A stretch of DNA of 55,227 nucleotides, counting the filler, from Jimgerdemannia flammicorona (taxonomy: Eukaryota), in NCBI GenBank assembly GCA_003990765.1. It is 3 parts of 3 records of this genome, joined end to end, with 100 filler letters (N's around TTAATTAATTAA, not from the genome) between each part and the next. Parts side by side here need not be neighbours in the genome. Positions count along the whole stretch, not along the records: positions 36,892 to 55,227 come from RBNJ01002232.1; 2 more parts are not named here. One strand, written 5' to 3'. The translations under genes and the position numbers were made by a program. Position 1 is the stretch's first letter, and each line of letters starts with the position of its first letter. The notes beneath the pieces were generated by a model that worked only from the letters and a program-made list of their open reading frames with translations, was not told where the DNA came from and made no database searches. Shown piece by piece: positions 48,569 to 55,227 of this stretch.

Positions 48569-50246
48569 ATTTGGATATTATAAGCTTTTCTTCTTTTCTG
48601 AGTGTAGTATTATCTAGTTCAAACTATTTCTAAGTCCAGTTGATGATAGTGATTGTCCAGGGTTCGAGGTGGTTGGATATCTTCTACTGTCTGAGATAGT
48701 TGATTAATCTATAGTATAACTCCTTATTCATGTTGAATAGTCTTGATGGAGTGTTTTGGGGTATCCTTGAGAGTATATCAGCATTGGCATTGGTTCTTCC
48801 TGAGCAGTACTTAACAGTACAGTCATACTCTTGCAGCCTGTAGATCTATCTGGCATATATTCCTTTAGGGTTCAGAGTGTGGAATAGCTAGGCAAGAGCA
48901 GAATGGTCTGTTTGAATAGTGAAGTATTTCTCAGCTAGGTAGTAGTAGAACTTATCTATTGCCCAAACTACTGCTAAGTATTTGAGCTTACATAACTCAT
49001 AGTTCTGTTCTACTCTATAGATATCTTAGCTTATATAGGAGGTAACATATTTATATCTATCTTTCTTCTGAGCTAGGACTGCTCCAAGTCCTATAGTACT
49101 TGCATCTATCTGTAGGATGAACTCTAGGTTCCAATCTAGTCTTCTGAGGATAGATGCTTAGGTCAACCTAGTCTTGAGTTCATTGAAGGTTTCTTGGTAT
49201 TTCTTAGTCTATTTGAATTTGGTCTCCTTCTTCAGTAGCTCATAGATAGGTACTGCAATATTGGAGTATTCTTTAATGAATCTTCTATAGTAGGAGGCCA
49301 GTCCAAGGAAGGCATAGACTTCTGTGGTTGTTCTGGGTCTTGGATAGGTTGCAACAGCCTCAATCTTTATAGAGTCTGTGTGGATTCTGGTCTGGTTGAT
49401 GAGGTATCTTAAGTAGGTGATTTTCTGAGCTACAAACTTGCACTTCTTGGGCTTGATGTAGAGGCTATGCTTCTTGAGCTTCTTGAGAGCTAGCTGTATA
49501 TAGTTGATATACATATTCCTATATAGTATTGCTGAAGATGATCACATTATCAATATAGACAAAGAGCCATTTTCTGATCTCATTGCTGAAGACTCTGTTC
49601 ATCATTCACTGAAAACTTACTGAGACATTATACATTCCAAATGGCATTTACAGATAGATATAGATGGCATCAGGTGTGATGAAGGCTGATTTCTCACTGG
49701 TATCTTGAGTGAGACCAATCTGATAGAAGCCTGAAAACAGATCCAAGGTGGTGTAGTATTTGGCTTTACTTCCAAGGTTGGTAAGAATTTCTTAAATATT
49801 TGGCAATAGCTACCTATCCTTCTTAGTAATTGGATTGAGCTTCCTATAGTCAATGCAGAGTCTTGGGGCAAACTCTCCAGGCTTGCTTCCTTTCTTTGGA
49901 GCAAGGACAATGGGTAAAGCTCAGGGACTAATAGCTTGCTTGATAATTCCAGCTTCTTTTATTTCTTTGAGTTCCACTTGCAGTCATTCTCTGTAAGTAG
50001 GTGGTATAGATCTGGTTTTCTGGTAGATAGGCTTGGTATTGCTAGTATCAACTTTATAGTAATACTTAGGTTCTTGATTGTAGATATCTCTGAAGTCTAT
50101 AGCAAGTACTTCTTTGCTCTGATGTAGGATCTTGAGAAGTTGTTCTTCTAGAGAAAGGTTTTCTCCAATGGTATATGTGTACTTATTCTGGTTCTTATCT
50201 TTCTTGTACTCAAGTTCAGTAATTAGTGGTAGCATAGGCATCTCTT

Positions 50247-50660
50247 CCAGTAGATCCAAAGCCTTGTTCTTCTCTCTTAATCTTGATGAGTTCAATGGCT
50301 TCAGTGATCTTGGGCTTCTTGATTTCATAGATCAGCATCTAGCCAATCCTGTCATACTTCTTGACTTTGAATAGGGTGGTGGGGTTGTGATTTCTGACTA
50401 TGAGGAAAATCTCATCAGTGTAATCAGAGTCAATTACTCCTCCTTCAACTGAGATTTCACTTTTGGCCAGACTGCTCCTGGTCTTGATAATTCTGGCATA
50501 GTTCTCTGGCAACCTGACTTCAATTCTGGTGCCAAGTAGAGTAGTGATCTGTGGTTCAAGGGTAGCATCTTGAATGCTGGCAAGGTCCATTCCTATGGCT
50601 CCTTCAGTCTTATATTCTGGGATCTTGGCTTCAGAGTAAACTTCTTAACCTTGAGGGTGA
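50247..50660 (-). pseudogene. dUTPase between protease and RT (Gypsy C)
   Basis: LKVKK, GAIGMDL, TRSSLA, GGVIDSDYTDEI, DRIG*, QGFGSTG. Confidence 0.92.
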
Positions 50661-51899
50661 TATCTAGTTCTTATTCCTCCTCATCATCACTGTCAGCTTG
50701 AAGCTCTGGGGGCTGGTCATCTTCTTCAGCTTTCCTTTTTTGCTTCAGTAGCTTCTTGCTTATACTTCTATTGACAGATTTTCCTGACTTCATTGATATA
50801 GGACTGGTAGTTATTTAGGTGTTCAGAGTAGTACATTTTAGTATCATGGGAGCATCTTCCTTGAGGGGCATAGCCATCAATGATCTTGTTGTACTACTGC
50901 TTATCTGTGAGCTTGGGTGTCTTGTTTTTGTTCACCAAGTATATGAAGACTTCTGTGTCCTCTTCATCTTCTTTCTCATATCTGATAGAACTCCTTTGTA
51001 GATATTGATAGAGACTTGTACCTTTCTTCCTCTATAGTTGATCTGCATCTTCTGGGCATTGAGGTCAATGATGGCCTTAGTCTTATAAAGCCATTGATTG
51101 CTAATGAGGATGTCATAGTTGTTGATGCTTATAATAATCACATCTACTAAGATAATAACTTCTCTTATCTTGATGGAGACTTCTCAGATTTTGCCAAGGA
51201 GAGTAGCTCATATACTATCTACTATAATATAGACCATCTTGGTAGACTCTTCAATGTCCCAGCCTAGGTAGTCAATTGTCTTCTTGCTTATAAGATATTC
51301 TCCAGCACTGGTATCAATAATGGCATCAAAGATACAATCTTCAATCTGATATAGAGTATAGGCTGATGTTTTGCACTGGTCTTCAGATTCTTTACCTAAG
51401 TCTTCTTGATCATCTTCTTATATATTGTGAGCTTCTACAATCTTGTACTCTTGATTCTTGATAGTAGTTGCAAGTCCTACTCTCAACTACTGTCTGAAGG
51501 CAGAGACTTCAGCTAGCTATCCAAAAGTAGCATTGATCTTCTGTTCCTTGAGGTCCTTGTAGATATCATACTGGTGGATCTTAGTTTTGTACAGCTTCTG
51601 TTCTTTCTTGCTTTCACTTTCTCCTGAGACTGAAGTAGTGTCTTCAATAATTTGACAGATAGCTTCATCTAACTCTATGTCTTGATCAATCTTCTTGGGT
51701 TGGGTCTTGCTTTGAATAGTGACAGCTGGTGTCTTCTTTAATCTTCCAACTAGCTTATAGTTGTTCTTCTTGTTATAGAGCTTGGACTGGGTTCTGGCAT
51801 CTTCAGTGACAGAGTAGAATTTAGGCTCTTTGTAGTATTCTTCATCATCAGTATCACTAATCTCCTTGATGATTACTGTATTGATTTATTCTCTGGTTC

Positions 51900-52750
51900 T
51901 GGTAGCATTACTTGGTTGGGCTTTGCATCTTGTTTCAGTCATGCATCTCTTTGTATAGTGGCTTCTTCTCTATATCTAAAGCATATAATATTGTATTCTT
52001 CTATAGTAGCTGCAAATCTCTGTACTGATCTTCTATTGGTGCTTCAGACTTCTCTAATAACATCACCAAGGTATGCAGTTATCTTGGCAAACTGCTTAGC
52101 AAGTTCCTCTACTGGGTCAGCTTTGGTTGCCTTGGGGGTAGGTGGAGATGGTTGTCTGTTTACAACTATGGTGGGTATGATACTAGTTGGCTTTGATGGC
52201 TCCATCTTGATGCCAGTTATTTTCTCTATTGAGTGTTTGGCAGAGTGTCTGGCAGTCCAATATTTCTATACAAAGACCACTTTCTGATCAAGGGTCAGTG
52301 CAGCTGGGGTATACCAGATTGCTAGGACAATTTCAAGGTGAACTTCTTTGAGAAAGATTGAATCTACTATTTGTTCCTTAAGACAGTCATCATAGCCAAC
52401 CAAGACAATCTGGTGGCAGATTCAGGTATAGAATGAGTTGGGATCTTCACTAAGTCTCTAGCAGATAGTATTAAGTTGATCCTTGAGAGCTTACTTGTCT
52501 CTTTGATATAGTATATAGTTCTGAGGAACATCTTCATGTTGGCAAGTCTGGCTGTACCAGCATCAGTAATGGTAACTATATTGAACTTGTCTCTAGCAGG
52601 TCCTCTGAGGCTGACTGGTAAAAGGGCCAATTATGTATCTACATTGAGGGCTCATATAGCAGCAAATTGTTTAAAGTCTTCAATGAAGGTCAGGATTGAC
52701 TCTTTAGTAGTATATCCATAGAATGTGGGAGGATATATTTCCATCTTATC
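51900..52750 (-). pseudogene. gag: Gypsy C gag
   Basis: PPTFYGY capsid start, SLRGPAR, decayed CCHC knuckle near 51945-51990; boundaries approximate. Confidence 0.75.
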
Positions 52751-52849
52751 TTGAATTCTTGCAGGGGTAACTCTTGTAGTCAGGATAGTTGTTGTGATAG
52801 TTATTCATTTTTCAGCTTGAAAGTAAGGGATTCATCTTGAATTATCAGC

Positions 52850-52861
52850 TAATAGACACCA
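52850..52861 (-). promoter_or_regulatory. PBS-like site (tRNA not assignable)
   Basis: TGGTGTCTATTA 3 nt after the 5' LTR. Confidence 0.55.
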
Positions 52862-52864
52862 AGT

Positions 52865-54412
52865 TGTCATATAGTGATTGCTGAGTTCTTCAAATACATC
52901 AGATTCTTTTCAAGGTGTATCTCTTAGACTAACTCAAGTTTGTTATAAGCAAGTTCTTATTGAAGTGTCTTCTCAAGATCTTATAGTCCTCAAACTTCTT
53001 ATCTTTAAACTGTCTTGTTATCTCTTTAGATTACTTGTAAGAAATTATATATATTGTATTGAGGAACTAACTTTATTTCAAAGAAAATAAGTGGGGTATT
53101 TATACAAAATATAATTCAATGGTTGCTAAGATATAAAGCTAAATATAAATTCCAATAACCAAATAAAATACTGAAATACAGAAAACTGCTAAGTTCCAGT
53201 ATCAATACAAATGGTTGTACAGGTTCAGGATGCTGGTATAATTTTGGTGATATAGAAAAAGGATGCTGGAATAATTCTGAGTTACATAAGATCAGAATGC
53301 CAGTGGAGAAATAGCTATTATACAAGAAAAGAATACTAGTATAATTCAGTATAACTAAAAGATTTAGAGTAGAATGTTTAAGACCATAGGGGCTTTATCT
53401 TCATCAGAGGTCAGGATATCTTCAAAGGAGATGAGATCAGTTTCATCATATGTTTTATATATGTTATGTGGGATGATATCATCATCAATGACATCATTAT
53501 GTTTGGCAGTGGGGAAATCAGGGACTCCCTAATCTATGAGGTTCTCTTCTACAAAATAGGGAACAAATGTGGGGTCTTAGAGAGGTCTGACCTAAATACT
53601 GGGGCCTTGGAATACAGAGATCAATTCTTGTAGGAATTGATCTAGATTGTCCTAGAAGATGAGATATCAGAACTCTTCTACCTCATCACTATTAAGAGTG
53701 ATAGTAGACTGGGCTTCTATTGCCACTCTGGCTTCTAATGCATTGATATGATGGGCTGACAGATCTCTGAAGTCTGTAACTCTAGTATACTCTAAGTTGG
53801 GAATTGACTATAGTATATATCTGAAGATCTGGTGAATCTTCTTAGCTATTCTTATTTCATATATATCTACATAAGTAGCATCTTATAACTCTTGAGGGCT
53901 GACCTGCAGGAACTTCTGATAGAGAAGGGTTTCTATTTCATACTCCTACCATATTTGGAGATATTCAGTAGCAATAGTAATCCTTGTTTCCATTTTATGG
54001 TAATAGAGAATAAAGTGATAAAAATCTCCAGTACCTAGATTAAGGCTAGGAGTCCTTCTTGTGCAGATCCTCATGACTCTTCTGATGTCTTGAAATATTC
54101 TTTTTTCAACTGAGAGATCTTGGTGGTTTCTTGATCTTAAGGTTTAGTAAGCAGCAGATATTTTATTTATAGTAAGTCTTTGAGCTATTTTGGGATTGGT
54201 GGGTCTTGTTGAGTTACTGCTACTGTGGTTCCTTGATCCTTCTTTTATATTCCTCAAAATGCCTATATTGTGGTCACAATGACTTACAGTTGATCATCAT
54301 TACTCATCTCATAGCCTGAGTGAGTCATGCTGTATGATCTCCTTCTGATCTGGTGGCTTATAAGGAAGGCTGTCTCCTGTACTGATGTCATCATTCTGAG
54401 GTCACCATTACA
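52865..54412 (-). repeat. 5' LTR of Gypsy C
   Basis: Direct repeat of 45191-46738. Confidence 0.95.
53410..54161 (-). pseudogene. LTR-encoded ORF, 5' LTR copy
   Basis: Same frame as the 3' LTR copy; start decayed to ATA; reads RSRNHQDLSVEKRIFQDIRRVMR...YEIRIAKKIHQIFR...DFRDLSAHHINALE. Confidence 0.65.
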
Positions 54413-54920
54413 ATATATATCTTTTTCTCTTTATAAGTTTTAAATTATAAATTATTTTATAAATATTAATAAATATTATATAAATTGATTCTGAGACTTA
54501 TGATTTAGATATATAAGATTATTTGATATTATAATTTATAAAATATATCATATTTCAGAGTATATAAAGTACTATCTTCTTTTAGATTAGCTAAAAAATT
54601 ATAATAAATAGATTTATAGCTTATTTATATTGGTAAAAAAATAAATTGAGTAATTTAATTAATATTTCTCATCAGACTGAATAGTTTATAAACTTTAGTA
54701 TAATTTAAGAGAATTTTTTTAATAGTTATAGTAATATCTTTATCAATAATTATTTTAATTTTTTACTATAATATCTTTTTTATATTATTATAAAGTTATA
54801 ATAGAAGACTATTTTTTACTAGATAATCTTATATATTCTCAAAATAAGCATGAGCAATTTTCAGTATATTCAAATAATTTTTCTGATAAAGAGATATTAT
54901 GATCTTAGTAATATAATATT

Positions 54921-55227
54921 CTTGGAGGGTTGGGTAATAGATGGCTTACTGTAGGATGGGTTTTAGCTGTATGGGTAGGGCTGGCTAGATATTGGCTCTT
55001 TGTTTTTGAGGAGAGGTGGCAGTTGGGTATACAGGAGAAGTTGACGAGATAGGAGGGATTGTTGGGTGATCTGTTGACCAGGTGGTGGGTTGGTTGGGGG
55101 CCCCAGAGTGGGTGATGTTGTCAGTTGGTAGAAGGAATCTATAAATAGAGTGGAGAGCAGGTGGTGATGGTGAATGACAAAGTGGTCTTTTATTATAAGA
55201 GGGTGCTGACAGTGATGATAGTTGAGA
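54921..55227 (+). mobile_element. 5'-truncated LINE 3' fragment
   Basis: Colinear with ~18085-18354 (GWVLAVWVGLARYWLFVFE). Confidence 0.85.

Larger units (their letters stand above)
47110..51370 (-). pseudogene. pol: Gypsy C pol (protease, dUTPase, RT, RNase H, integrase), interrupted by a MITE
   Basis: Motifs in the canonical Gypsy order RT-RH-INT; many stops. Confidence 0.92.
45191..54412 (-). mobile_element. Full-length Ty3/Gypsy family C element with two LTRs (gag-protease-dUTPase-RT-RNase H-integrase), degenerate
   Basis: Two 1548-bp LTRs; ATAT(AT) on both flanks; PBS-like TGGTGTC; PPT; knuckle CFRYREE.HYTKRC; AIIDTSAG; dUTPase; VYIDNVIIFS; FLGLASYYRRFI; IDAS; TDHSAL; MDIIGPL; TDYGTEF; GNGQTERTN; GPY. 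Confidence 0.95.

Overview
Eukaryotic, very probably fungal DNA. The intron style and gene content suggest an early-diverging lineage such as Mucoromycota, but this is inference only. The window is three contigs joined by two artificial 100-bp linkers (44 N + TTAATTAATTAA + 44 N at 18355-18454 and 36792-36891). About 90% is a nested, C>T/G>A-hypermutated transposon graveyard: six pieces of a G-rich L1/Tx1-like LINE family, at least four Ty3/Gypsy LTR retrotransposon families, a hAT transposase relic and a young hAT-type hairpin MITE. Three of the Gypsy families each carry a dUTPase in a different domain context. A CpG-rich island (36.9-42.1 kb) holds the only intact host gene, an 8-exon UNC93-like MFS transporter, plus a fungal protein kinase (FunK1-type) pseudogene. 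The most unusual observations are: (i) a full-length Gypsy element whose 1,548-bp LTRs each contain a TATA box and a reconstructible ~250-codon sense ORF; (ii) a Gypsy family with a ~450-aa insert between protease and dUTPase carrying three Cys/His clusters, one matching half of a Zn2Cys6 motif, and a tRNA-Pro-type PBS with a partial second copy; (iii) repeat-restricted C>T hypermutation that extends beyond CpG. All calls come from reading motifs by eye; no database search was run.
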